In this document: in pieces, positions 1 through 10,930 of the stretch | Position numbering within the stretch: position 1 is the first letter of the stretch | Layout: every line of letters starts with the position of its first letter | DNA from: Harriotta raleighana | Taxonomy: Eukaryota | NCBI GenBank assembly: GCA_050575255.1 | Contig: JBNZDD010013702.1 | Span: 3,902,048-3,966,047 of the forward strand | Direction of reading: 5' to 3' | Length of the DNA: 64,000 nt | Position numbers and translations under genes: made by a program | Notes under the pieces: model-generated | The model's database searches: none | Seen by the model: only the letters and a program-made list of their open reading frames with translations | What the model was told of the DNA's origin: nothing

Positions 1-150
1 GGGGGGGCAGAGGGTGGCGGGGGGGCAGAGGGTGGCGGGGGGGCAGAGGGTGGCGGGGGGGCAGAGGGTGGCGGGGGGGCAGAGGGTGGCGGGGGTGGCA
101 GAGGGTGTGGGGGGGGGAAGGCCAGAGGGTGGGGGGGGGGGGAAGGCCAG
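1..150. repeat. G-rich minisatellite, 18-bp unit GGGGGGGCAGAGGGTGGC (~5-6 copies, then degenerate)
   Basis: Directly visible tandem unit; explains the AGGQRV repeat in ORF 14..475. Confidence 0.9.
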
Positions 151-866
151 AGGGTGGGAGAAGTGTGGAGGGCGCGAAAGAAGCAAGAGTCCACACACAC
201 CCAACCACCACAGTAAAGGGGTAGTTTGTAAAGTGCTGAAGGAGAAAGGGGAGAAGAGAGATGTTAAGGGCACCTGGGGCTATGGTTTTAACCACGAGGT
301 GGAGGTCGAGGACCATATCAGACCCAAAAAGAAAAGGAATCATAAAATGTGGAAGCGACCACTGACAAACCACAAGTCCCTGCAGGTGACTGAAGTGAGA
401 TCCAGGGAGTGCCGGACAAGGTTTTTAATTTTACTGCCATTCCAATTACACAGTTACTATCCACTGGTTGTGTGACAGATTTAGGGAAACAGGTTGTCGG
501 ATCTCCCCACACTCACTCACCAAAGGATATTGCGCTAAACTTGAAATTCTTGGGAGTCAATTCACTTTACAGTATACTCCGTGAAGGGCTTTGAAACGTC
601 TAGAAGAAGCAAAACGCGCTATATCAACTGCAAGGATTATTATTATTATTACAGACACAACCACCTGCCATTCGACAGCAGATGCCACAATCTAAAATCG
701 GAAAGGGATTAGAGGAATGCCTGGCGTGCTGAGAGGAAATCTACTGATACCAGTGATCCATTTGCTGGAGAGAAAGAGAGAGAGAGAAAGAGAAACCCTT
801 GCACAGGGCAAGCAGATCAACAACAAGCAATCCTCTGCCAACACTTCAATACACTACATCACTTAC

Positions 867-930
867 CCAGGCCACAGCTCCGAGTTGCCAAGATTTTTGT
901 GCTCTGAGATCAAATGATGTGGTGTTGGGG
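867..930 (-). other. Candidate non-coding first exon of a divergent upstream gene (gelsolin by synteny?)
   Basis: Minus-strand donor CTGG|GTAAGT at 866-861; TACTTAAA TATA-like box at ~953-960; no coding evidence; 5' boundary guessed. Confidence 0.3.
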
Positions 931-2439
931 GGGCGGGGGGCACAGAGGGGGATTTAAGTAAATCAAATCTTGCTTTGTTGTTTTCAAACCTTTAATGTCC
1001 TCCCTCCCCAAGGCAGGCACTTGTGTGTATTCCCACTGGGTCCTAATCAACTGGAGCAGACCAGAGTGACATGAGATGTGGCCCTTATTTACCACATAAA
1101 CTGCACACAACAGGAGACATAATCATACCTCTCTCTCACACAGGCATATGCAGCAACTGGTGAGGAATTAAATTATTTTCTCTGTCTCTTTTAGAGTGAC
1201 AAGACTTGAAAAACCACCGGTACACCAAACCTTATCTTATAATAACCCCTATATTTGATGCAGCCATCCTATCACGCGAGAGAGACATGATTATCTGTTG
1301 TGTGCAGTTTATGCAGTAAATAAGGGCCACACATCGTTGAGACGTCTCAAAGCTCTTCAACAGAATATACTGACGAGCGAGTGACTGGGTATTTTGTGGG
1401 AGTAGCCCAGGAGCCAATGGCGCACAGCAGTCAATTAGCCTGACCCAGTTGTCGCAGTGTTGACCAAAATAATCGTAGAAATAACAAAGTAGGATAAGAT
1501 TTAAGCCATAAATCGAGAGAACATTAATTTATCGTGTTGGCCAACCAAAAAGGGTCAACCAGGGCCTTGAGCTAGGACTGGAGATGGAGAGTGAAACTGC
1601 AGAAGCGATGGGGATAATACGGACTGACTGAAACAAACTTACACACTGACCAACTCTTCCCCCCAACTCGCCCCCACACACAGAGGTGAATAGGAAATCT
1701 AATTAAAGGCTGTGCTTGAGCATGTTGGGATCGTTCCCAATTTCTGTGGGTTGCAGTAGTCGCTGCAGAGGGAGGAAGTTTGAAAAGGGGAATTCATAAT
1801 GAACACTGAGGAAGTTAGAATGATCTCTCAGAACGTTAGGTAACTCCAGCCTGAGGCCAGTCAGGATTTATCTAAATATGTCAAGTATTCCATGGAAGAA
1901 TTTCAAAACCGCACAGTTTTGAGACAAGGGTTTGAAGCCAGGATTGAGGCTCAGATCAATTTACGCATTTCGACCAATCCTGATGTGGAAAGAAATCAGG
2001 ATACCACACATTTTTTCCTACGATTTATTTTCCTCCTCTGAGCTCTGATGAGGCCATAGCAATTTGGTATATAAACTACCGATAAACTGTATAACAATTT
2101 GCATTTACGCAACTTTGTTAACTTTATGTAAAATTCGCAAACTCGCTTGGGCAGCAGAGGCCAAGCAGGGAAAGAAAATTATCAAAGATAGTGGCTCACA
2201 GAGAGAGATGATCCAAAGCTTAATCAGGTTTAATAATAATAATCATAGTCATCCTTATATTTCATATAGCACATTGTTGAGACCTTTTGAATATACAGTA
2301 CTTTGCGGAATATACCGTAAAGTGAATTGACTAATTGTGGGTGAAATACTGTTGCCAGTGTCCACAAACAGCGGTGGAATAAGTGGCTAATTTTTTTGGA
2401 GTGATTATTACCCCCCTCACTGAAAAAGATGCAGCAATC

Positions 2440-2693
2440 GCCTACCATCAGCAGCCTCTCTGCTCCCACTCTCTGGAACTCCTTCCCACAGTTCCTTCGA
2501 CTCGCTCCCTCCCTCGCCTCTTTCAAGGCCATTCTCAAGACCCTCCTCTTCGACCGTGCTTTCTGTTGCCCTCCTAACTCTCTCTCACCCCTTCCTCTCG
2601 CCCCTCACCCTTGCTCAGGTCCCGTCCTGACTGTTCAGCGCTTCAAGATGTCCTCCCAATGTGAAAGGCACTCTATAAATGTAATTTTGTTGT
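2440..2693 (+). mobile_element. L2-clade LINE 3' fragment
   Basis: Translates as APTLWNSFP...SLASFKAILKTLLF, typical of the L2 ORF2 end; tail ...GAAAGGCACTCTATAAATGTAATTTTGTTGT. Confidence 0.8.
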
Positions 2694-3044
2694 AACAACC
2701 AGGTTCCTACTTGCTTTCTTAAGGCCATCCCTGATCCCAATCCCCAACCTCACCCTCCTCGAGTCCAAATCCCTGACTGTCCAATTCCTTGTGACATCCT
2801 CCCAACGTGAAAGGCATTATACAAATGTAATTTTACATTGGATTATATTGTATTGCTCTGTAAATAGAAGTATGCAGATTAAGGAAATTTGCCTAAAGTT
2901 TTGCCCTGGCCAAGAATTGAACATCAGGGAGGGGGTGAGAAAGAAGAACAAAAAAGCAACCAGAATTCTTCCTTCCAATTCCTGTCCAACAATCCTTGTC
3001 GGAACATGCACAGTCAGATGCGAACTTTATCCAACAGGCACCTC

Positions 3045-3448
3045 TCCCTTGTCTACACTCACGCTGGAAGAATTTAGGGGGTTGAGGGGTGATCTGATTG
3101 AGGTGTTTCAAATAATAAAGGGATTCGATAGGGTAGATACAGAGAAGCGATTTGCTCTGGTGTTGGAATGGGGCATCACCTTAAAATTAGAGCAAGGCCA
3201 TTTAGGAGTGAAATTAGATGGCAGTTTTTCTATCCGAAGGCTGGTGGAATACTGGAACTCTCTCTCCCAAAAAGGCTGTGGATGCTGGATCCATGTACTC
3301 CTTCAAGACTGAAGTGGACAGATATTGGTTAGGTCACAGGGATTCAGGGCAAGGGCAGGTAAAATGGACTTGGGGTACAGATCAGCCATGATCTTATGGA
3401 ATTGTGGAACAGGCCTGAGGGGCTGAAGGGCCTTCTCCTGTTCCCTTT
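3045..3448 (+). mobile_element. CR1-clade LINE 3' fragment
   Basis: LRGDLIEVFQIIKGFDRVD...WNSL motif followed by a CR1-type 3'UTR. Confidence 0.85.
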
Positions 3449-3839
3449 TAAGTATGGTATCCGGGTTTGAATGAGGTAACAGGGTGTGGCTGCCAATGCA
3501 TGGGATTACATGAATCACTGTGGCTTCAGGGCATGATAAATGAGAAGTGGAATATGCTCCGAGTTATAACTCAAGGCATTTAGAGGAGGTTTATCTTCAG
3601 TAATGTGATCTTCAAATTTTCAGTCTTCCCCTCCAAAACACACACACATTTATACCTTCAGCTGAGAATTCTGCTGATGATAAATGCTTTGTTGTGTTGC
3701 TCACAGTCCAGACATTACAGTGAATCCTGTGAGGTGCTTTGAGATGTCTTATTGATGTGATAATAAGAGTAATGTGTCACAAGAAAGGATTTTGTTTTTA
3801 TTATTTGCGTCATTCCCACTCTTGCCTCTCGAGTTTGCA

Positions 3840-4092
3840 ATGGTCGCGCCCTCCATTCTACCATCGGTGGTGGTGCTTTCAGCCACTAAGCCCCTGAAAC
3901 TCTGGTACACACTTCCTCTAACCCTCCGTCTTACCTCCTCCTCCCCTATGATCAGGTCACACCTGAAGACCTTTCTGTTCAACCGTGCCTACACTCACCT
4001 CTTCTCAGCTTGGGGTCGTGCTCTGCCACTGTCAAATACTCTCAGTCTCTAGCGAGTATGAGCAGTGCTGTATAAATGCAAATTGTTGTTGG
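3840..4092 (+). mobile_element. L2-clade LINE 3' fragment
   Basis: PLKLWYTLP...RSHLKTFLFNRAY and a (TTG)n tail. Confidence 0.7.
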
Positions 4093-4392
4093 TTTAACAG
4101 GCTGATGAATAAGAAACGCTAGCAGAAAGCCTTCCGGAGAGAGAGAGAGTCAAAAAAAAACTTCTGCTTCCAGATTGCTGCATATATTGCTGTGGTTTTG
4201 CCATTATTTCCACAATGTTAAGTTTGAGATGGAAAATAAAGTTCAGATCCAATCAGAGCCCCAACACAGCACAGCAAGAAATAAACTTTTAAAAAATATA
4301 TTTAACGGTAACCAGTGATGTGAATCTGATAACTAAATACCAGGGAGTTTACAACCCATCTAATCAGCCTTGGAAAATACATAAAGAAAAAT

Positions 4393-4615
4393 ATAATCCT
4401 TGCTTTTAATATAGAGCCTCATCACATTGCTGAGAAGTCTCAAAGCGCTTCACAGAATATACTGTAAAGTGAATTGACTTTATTTTTCGTGGAGGAAATG
4501 TGGCAGCCAATTGTACACAGCGCAGTCCCACAAGGTAGGTAAACAGAGGTATGTGGAGTAAGAAAAGTTGGCCAAGGTTTCGCCCCACCCAGGAATTGAA
4601 CCCGGGTCCTCTCAC
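4393..4615 (-). mobile_element. tRNA-derived SINE, internally deleted
   Basis: B-box GGTTCAATTCC in head; shared 3' tail. Confidence 0.7.
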
Positions 4616-5751
4616 TAAGGACAGGACTCCGAATTTTAATACCTCATCTGAAATACCAAAACTCCAACAATGAGCTCTCCCCACAACACTGCACCGGATT
4701 ATCAACCGAGAGTAGACGGACATTTAAAGTCCCAATGTGGGGGCTGGAAACCACAAACTTCTGACTCAGGAAATGCAAGCAATTGAGATAACAAGGCGAC
4801 AACTAAAATAACTCAACCTAAAGTCAATGCATTTGGTACATCCCTTACTTATGCAGTATAATTAAGACATCTCAAAGCACAGCTCGAAAATTACAGTATG
4901 CGCTGTGTACAGTGTAAACACAGTCGAGCATTCATCTGCAGCACCTGGAATCTGTTTACAGTTAAAACATTCAATATTTTTAAGGCTCGGCAGCTGCAAT
5001 TGATAGCTCAAGAAAGGAATTTGATTATTTCGATGTTGCATAGTTCAGTACCAGAGGCATTCATGTTTATATTACTGCATACGCCTTTAAAGATCAAGTT
5101 CAGAACTGACCAAGTGCGAAGTCACTCACAAACCATAATCCGTCTTTATAAAAGAAACAGTCACTCAATCCACATCTGTTTGTGGGACTGCTGTGTGCAA
5201 ATGGCTGCTGCTTTTCACCCATAAAATAACAGTCACTCCACTTTACAATGCATTCCGTGAAGTGCTTTGAGATATTATCTCGATGACATGACAAGGCGTT
5301 ATCTCAATTGCAAGGATTACAATATTATTTTTATCTTGCGTCTATAAAAGCACTTTTTTGGGGGGGAAAATGATTGTCTGGTGAGAAATTAAAACCCAGA
5401 ATGATAACTGGAAAGCTACAGTAGGAAAAAAAAGGGATACTTCCAAAATGGGGGGAAAAAAAACAGCGGAAAATTTTTATGGTATATACAGAGTCCATGA
5501 TAGTCACCACAGCAGCTATTTCGAATGACTCATCTCCGCTTTGACAAGCTCATTAACTTTGCAAAGTTTGCAAATCAATTGTCGCAATTTTTAGGGCAAA
5601 CCTTTTGCTGCAAGATTTTTCCAAAAGCGATGTACAAACCTGAGGTTCAAAAATAAAATGCCCACAAGTCTCTGTCGATGAGTGTGGGGAGATGTGATGT
5701 GAAGTTTAATTAAATAGAAATAGAGAGAGGTGAACGCCCTTTTCTTTTGGG

Positions 5752-5855
5752 AGGGTGGGGTATTGGGGGGAGGGGGGGTATTGGGGGGAGGGGGGGGTAT
5801 TGGGGGGAGGGGGGGGGTATTGGGGGGAGGGGGGGGGTATTGGGGGGAGGGGGGA
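5752..5855. repeat. G-rich minisatellite, ~20-bp unit GGGGGGGTATTGGGGGGAG
   Basis: About 5 visible tandem copies; source of the PPPNT/PQYPPP ORFs. Confidence 0.9.
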
Positions 5856-5972
5856 CACAATTGCAGAAATTATTTTATTCTTTAAAACACACACCCACGC
5901 AGCTGTAATTTTTTAAAAAAAAATCAAAGTTTAAAGGGAACGTGTCGAAAAACACAATGTTACACTTCGTGT

Positions 5973-5982
5973 CCTTATTTGG
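5973..5982. promoter_or_regulatory. Perfect CArG box (SRF site) CCTTATTTGG
   Basis: Matches CC(A/T)6GG; function not shown. Confidence 0.35.
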
Positions 5983-6423
5983 TGAAAGTACAGTATAAAT
6001 AATCCCTAAAACACCACAGATCACACATAAAACCATTCAGTCTTTTTTGCATATACCTCTTTTGCTGGCTTTTATTGGTCGACGAAAAGTTCTGAGCCAC
6101 TCACTGACTTTAATAGCAACGTAATAAAAAGGAGATTTTTTATTTATTATTTATTATTTATGTAAAAAATTGCAATGAGAAAGCCTCGAACATTCATTCT
6201 CCAGTTAGCCTAGACAACACACGCTGGAGTTACACACAAATACCCCTTTCATCGCCTCCCCGCCTGCAATTTTAAACATAGTTGCAAGAATATTTCTGAT
6301 GAGCAAAAAAAAATCTGGTAAAACTCGAAAAGGCCAAGAGCTGAGAAGTGGCTGAGGAAGGAGGGAGGGAGGGAGGGAGGGAGAGAAATGAGAGAGACAA
6401 AAGAATACAGAATTATTACTTAC

Positions 6424-6660
6424 CTTTTGGAAAAAAAAATCTCACTGATGCACAGAACTGGAACCCACACAGAGAGAGGGCAAGGCAAGTCTGTGCCCTA
6501 TTCAGTTTATTCACTAATAAAGCTTTCAGTATTTGTCACACCCTCCTCTCTCTCTCTCTTTCTCCCTATCTCTGATTCAGCTGTGAACTATTGTGGGTTT
6601 TAACATGGAATTAACACAGTGAGGGAGGGCGCTGTAGAGCACATCAGATCACAGTCACAT
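6424..6660 (-). other. Candidate non-coding first exon of a divergent upstream gene
   Basis: Perfect donor AAG|GTAAGT at 6423-6418 in a repeat-free stretch; 5' boundary unknown. Confidence 0.35.
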
Positions 6661-7552
6661 TCCCAAATGTCAGTCCCACAAAATACATATATTTATTGCT
6701 ACTTTCTTTCCTTGCAGCTTAGAGATACTTTTTGTGAAAAAAAACAACTTGAATGTATCTTGTAATGTGACTACAGTACTTTTTTTTTGCAGAGCAAATC
6801 CTGTTTGAAATGGGGAGAAGGTTTGGGGAAGGGAAGAGAGGAGGCAAACAAACAAACACTGCTGAGGGAATTTCTACATTTCTTTTCTGCAGAAGATACT
6901 GTCGAGAGGTGACAATAAAGTTTCATCCACAAAGTGATTTAAACTACCCTCTGGTTTGTTTCACTTGAGCCTATTATTCCCAAGTGCTAAACCGAAGTAC
7001 TGTACAATAGTTAAATGTGGGTTTAATAGTAACATTATTGTTTAAAAAGTAAAAATAAAGTTGGTCCTCCCTACGTGAAAGGCACTTTGGAAATGTCATT
7101 TTGTTGTTGTTGTAACATTCATTCACCCAACTCCCTGTTTTAAGCACAAATCAGTGCAGTCTTTGGGATTTTGATCAATTGGGAAATTAAAGTTGCAAAA
7201 GAAATGGGGGAAATGCGAGTTGTTACTCAAATATTTTATTAAAATCTAGTGCTGCATGGATTAAAATTGATTATCGTGAGCAAATTTTTTTGGGGAAAAA
7301 TATATTCCTTTAATAATGATTTAATTCAGAAACAGGGCGTGGCACTAAATGTGGAACATGCACAAGGACAAATAACACGTCAAATTTAGCTTTCTTACTT
7401 CATGTTTCCTGTGAAATCAATCAGGAATTTACTGACCAAAGTCACTGACACTCTCTCTGGTCACATCCAGGCTTCCTAATTGCTCACTTTCCATTGCTCA
7501 GCACAGTATCCTGTACTTGTCATAAATTACAGGGTTAAATGAAATTATAAAA

Positions 7553-7782
7553 AATAATAATCCTTGCATTTGATATAACGCTTTTCATGTCTTCTAGACA
7601 TCTCAAAGCACTTCACAGAATATACTGTAAAGTGAATTGACTGTATATTTGTTGGCGAAACGCAGCAGCCAATTGCACAATTGCACAAACTTGTCCAAGG
7701 TTTCGCCCTGACCTGCCTGGATGCAAACACAGGTTTCATGCTTGTAAGGCGAGGGCTCTAACCACTGAGCTACAGGACTCCA
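7553..7782 (-). mobile_element. tRNA-derived SINE
   Basis: Head GGAGTCCTGTAGCTCAGTGGTTAGAGC (A box), tail ...ATCAAATGCAAGGATTATT. Confidence 0.85.
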
Positions 7783-8467
7783 CAGTTTATTATTAAACTA
7801 CAGGAATTATTTGCCAAAAGAAAACTAATACAATCACAACAACAAAATTACATTTATATAGCACCTTCCACCTAGTTGAGATGTTTTGATGGGCTTCATA
7901 GGATGCATTGTAAAGAGAATTGACTGTACGTAAACAATAGGAGGAGGAATATGTGGCTCAGATGGGGAATATTTTGGGGATAAGACTTTGATGCTTCTAT
8001 TTTATGGGGCTTGAGTGGGAGGGGAGGGAAAATAGTGCATTTTATTAGAGATTTTTTTTTTTGCAAATGTTATTCAAAACCAGGCCACAGCATGGAGCTC
8101 TCCTGAAGTTCCTCCTAGGCCTCAGATTTTATGGTATATCCATCCCAGAGAACACAGGATGTAAGTCCTCAAATGACTCAAACAGGAAGAATGTTATTCA
8201 CCGGAATACTGTACAATAATATCTACAATAATACCTACATCAGGAAATGCTTGCAGCTCATTATTACTGTGGTCTATATGTCTCTTGCCTCATGACCACA
8301 TACACACACACACACACACAGCATAGTATAATAATCATTGCATTTGAAAGAGTGTTTTATCATATCAAAAATGTTTCAAAGAAATTTGCAGCATTTAATA
8401 TAAAGTGTAGTGACCGTTTATTTGTAGGTGAACATAGCAGCCAATTTGTGCACCTCAATGGCCCTCA

Positions 8468-8850
8468 AGCAACAACAACAATTTAGATTTGTATAGCGCC
8501 CTCCACGCCGGACAGTGTCTCAGAGCGCTTCACAATAACGGATCCCGGGAACGAGCCAGGGGCAGGGGAAGAAAGGTGACCAAAGGCGCGGTTGCAGAGA
8601 AAGGTCTTCAGCTAGAAGTTGGAAAAAGAGGGGGCGAGAGTGGAGGGAGTGAGGAAGTGAATTCCAGCATCTTGGGGCATAGTGGCTGAAGGCACTATGA
8701 GGGTGGAGCGGAGGATTCGGGGGATATGGAGGAGGCCAGAACCGGTGGAGCAAAGGCAACGGGTGCTGGTTTGAGGAGAGAGGAGGTAAGAGAGATGTGG
8801 GGGGAGGTGCAGAGGAGTGGAGGGATTTGAACTCGAGAGTCAATCAATCC
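8468..8850 (-). mobile_element. L2-clade LINE 3' fragment
   Basis: AFSHYAPRCWNSLP motif, (TTG)n tail. Confidence 0.75.
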
Positions 8851-9788
8851 TCTCTTGGATAGGGAGCAAGTAAATTCTGGCGAGGACTGGGGTAATGGGG
8901 GAATTAAGTTTGGTGCGGGTGAGGACGCAATACAACCACACAGTGAATGACTAATTTTATCTGGGCGATTGTTCACCAGGAGAAACTCCCTTCTTTTTAT
9001 GCACAGTTTCATGATGAGGAGTTAACTTATACTGTGTGAATATGATTGAACAGTTGAGTCTGTTTCCACTGGAACAGAGAAAGTTATGAAGAGAGGGCAG
9101 CCATGTAGAGTAATGGTTAGAGCACTCACAGTGCAAGTGACAGTACCTGGGTTTAATTCCCAACGAACGAGTAACAAACACAAAATTGTCACTGGAAGAG
9201 TCAAGGGGAAATGTTATAGAAAAGTTTTTCATTGCAGAAGATTATTGGATCATGAAGCATATTTTACCAGACATACCTATTGAGGCTGGGATCACAGCAA
9301 TATTTGAAAGAGAGTTAAACACAACAAAATAACATTTGTATAGCCTTTCATGTCGGAAGGGTGTCCCAAGGTGCTGAATATACAGTTGAACAGGACAAAT
9401 GTGAAAAATAACACAGAAAGAGTAGGGATTTAGGATTAGAGTGGATATCTGTAGTCTGATGGATCAAATGGTTGACTCTTAATTTTAAACTGATTTATTC
9501 AATAATCGTTTCCACAACACAACAACAGGCATTCATTCAACAACACTGCATTCAAAAATGCAAATTGATGTATTCAATCACCAGTAATGCATTCAACATT
9601 ATTAATAATAAATCTTGTATTTGATATAGCACCTCATTGCATCTTCAGAACAATAACAATTTGCACTTACTCAGCATCCTCCTCACAGAGTAGTGTTTCA
9701 GAGCACTTTTAAGAAGATAGATTGGGAAAGATTGGTGAATAGGTAACAAAGCAGATTGTGAAACATATCAAAGCGCTTCACAGGATAT

Positions 9789-10248
9789 AATAATTCTTCT
9801 TACATTTGATATAATGCTTTTCAGGTCTTCTAGACAACTCAAAGCACTTCACAGAATATACTGTAAAGCGAATTGACTGTAGATTTGTGGGCTAAACGCG
9901 GTAGCCAATTGCGCACAGCAGCGTCCCCCACAAACAATTGTGCATTGAAATGACCAATTAAAAAAAATATTTTTGGAGGGATTATTATTCAATGTCTGGA
10001 GTTATTAAGCTTGCCCAAGGTTTCACCCAGACCTGCCTGGATTCGAACACTGGATTCTCATGTTTGTAAGGTGAGTACTCTAACCACTGAGCTACACGAC
10101 TTATTAGAAGCATTATTATTGACATTATTAATAATAATCCTTGCATTTGATAAAGTTGCCCACGGTTTTGCCCTGGCCTGCCTGGATTCGAACACAAGTC
10201 TCTCGCTTGTTAGGTGAGTGCTCTAACCACTGAGCTACAGGATTTCCA
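9789..10248 (-). mobile_element. Full-length SINE plus adjacent head/tail SINE fragment
   Basis: Two heads with GTAGCTCAGTGGTTAGAG and GTTCGAATCC boxes; family tail. Confidence 0.85.
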
Positions 10249-10329
10249 ACAGTAAGAGTACTCAAACATGATTATTAACATGATTATTGTTGCTGCTGAT
10301 TTGGATGTGTACAGTACAGCTGCCTGGGA

Positions 10330-10930
10330 TTGCCACCGCCTAGTGTTTGAGTGACAGCTGTAACCCCGCCCAGTGGAGGCGGTAACCTCTGACCCCTCGG
10401 CTAGAGCCCTGTGACGAGGCGCAGGAAACCCCGTCGGAAGCCGGCGCCATCTTGGCTGAATCCAGTCCCAGTTGCCGCTGAGCCCGAGGCTTGAAAGGCG
10501 TCGAGTTCAGGTCGCTGCCGGTAAGCGGCCCCGCGCCGCGGGTATTCTCCATACCGGGCCCCGGGGCTCCCGCCGGGCCTCTCGCCGGCTCCGGGAGGAG
10601 AGGGAGGAGGAAGAAGAGGAAGGAAGGGCGGGGAGGCAGGCAGTGTGTAGGTGTAGGGTAAAGCCCGGGCCGTGAAGTCACCGTGTGTAAGGCCTGAGCC
10701 TCTGTGTGGCGCCGGCTACACCCAACCCCCAGCTCCCCCCGGGCCAGGCCGGGCATCCGGAGCTGTCTCTCCAGGTCACTTCCCCCTGCACTTCCTCTCG
10801 ACAAGTAGGCCTCCCACCCTCGGCTTTGTGCTTTGTCCACCTCCCTCCCCTCCTTCCCGGCCCAGCCTCCCCCCCAGCCTCTCCTCACACCAAAGCCCGG
10901 AGCTGCTGCAGCTTCGTACAACTCCGGAGA
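10330..10930 (+). promoter_or_regulatory. RAB14: CpG island / TATA-less promoter of RAB14
   Basis: GC/CpG-rich; CGGAAG (ETS-like) ~10435; YY1 consensus GGCGCCATCTTGG at 10443-10455. Confidence 0.85.
10440..10520 (+). other. RAB14: RAB14 non-coding exon 1 (TSS approximate)
   Basis: Donor CCG|GTAAGC at 10521 inside the CpG island; next exon begins 5 nt before the ATG. Confidence 0.7.

Noticed and set aside
14-475. 153-aa ORF with AGGQRV repeats
   Set aside because: Translation of the G-rich minisatellite
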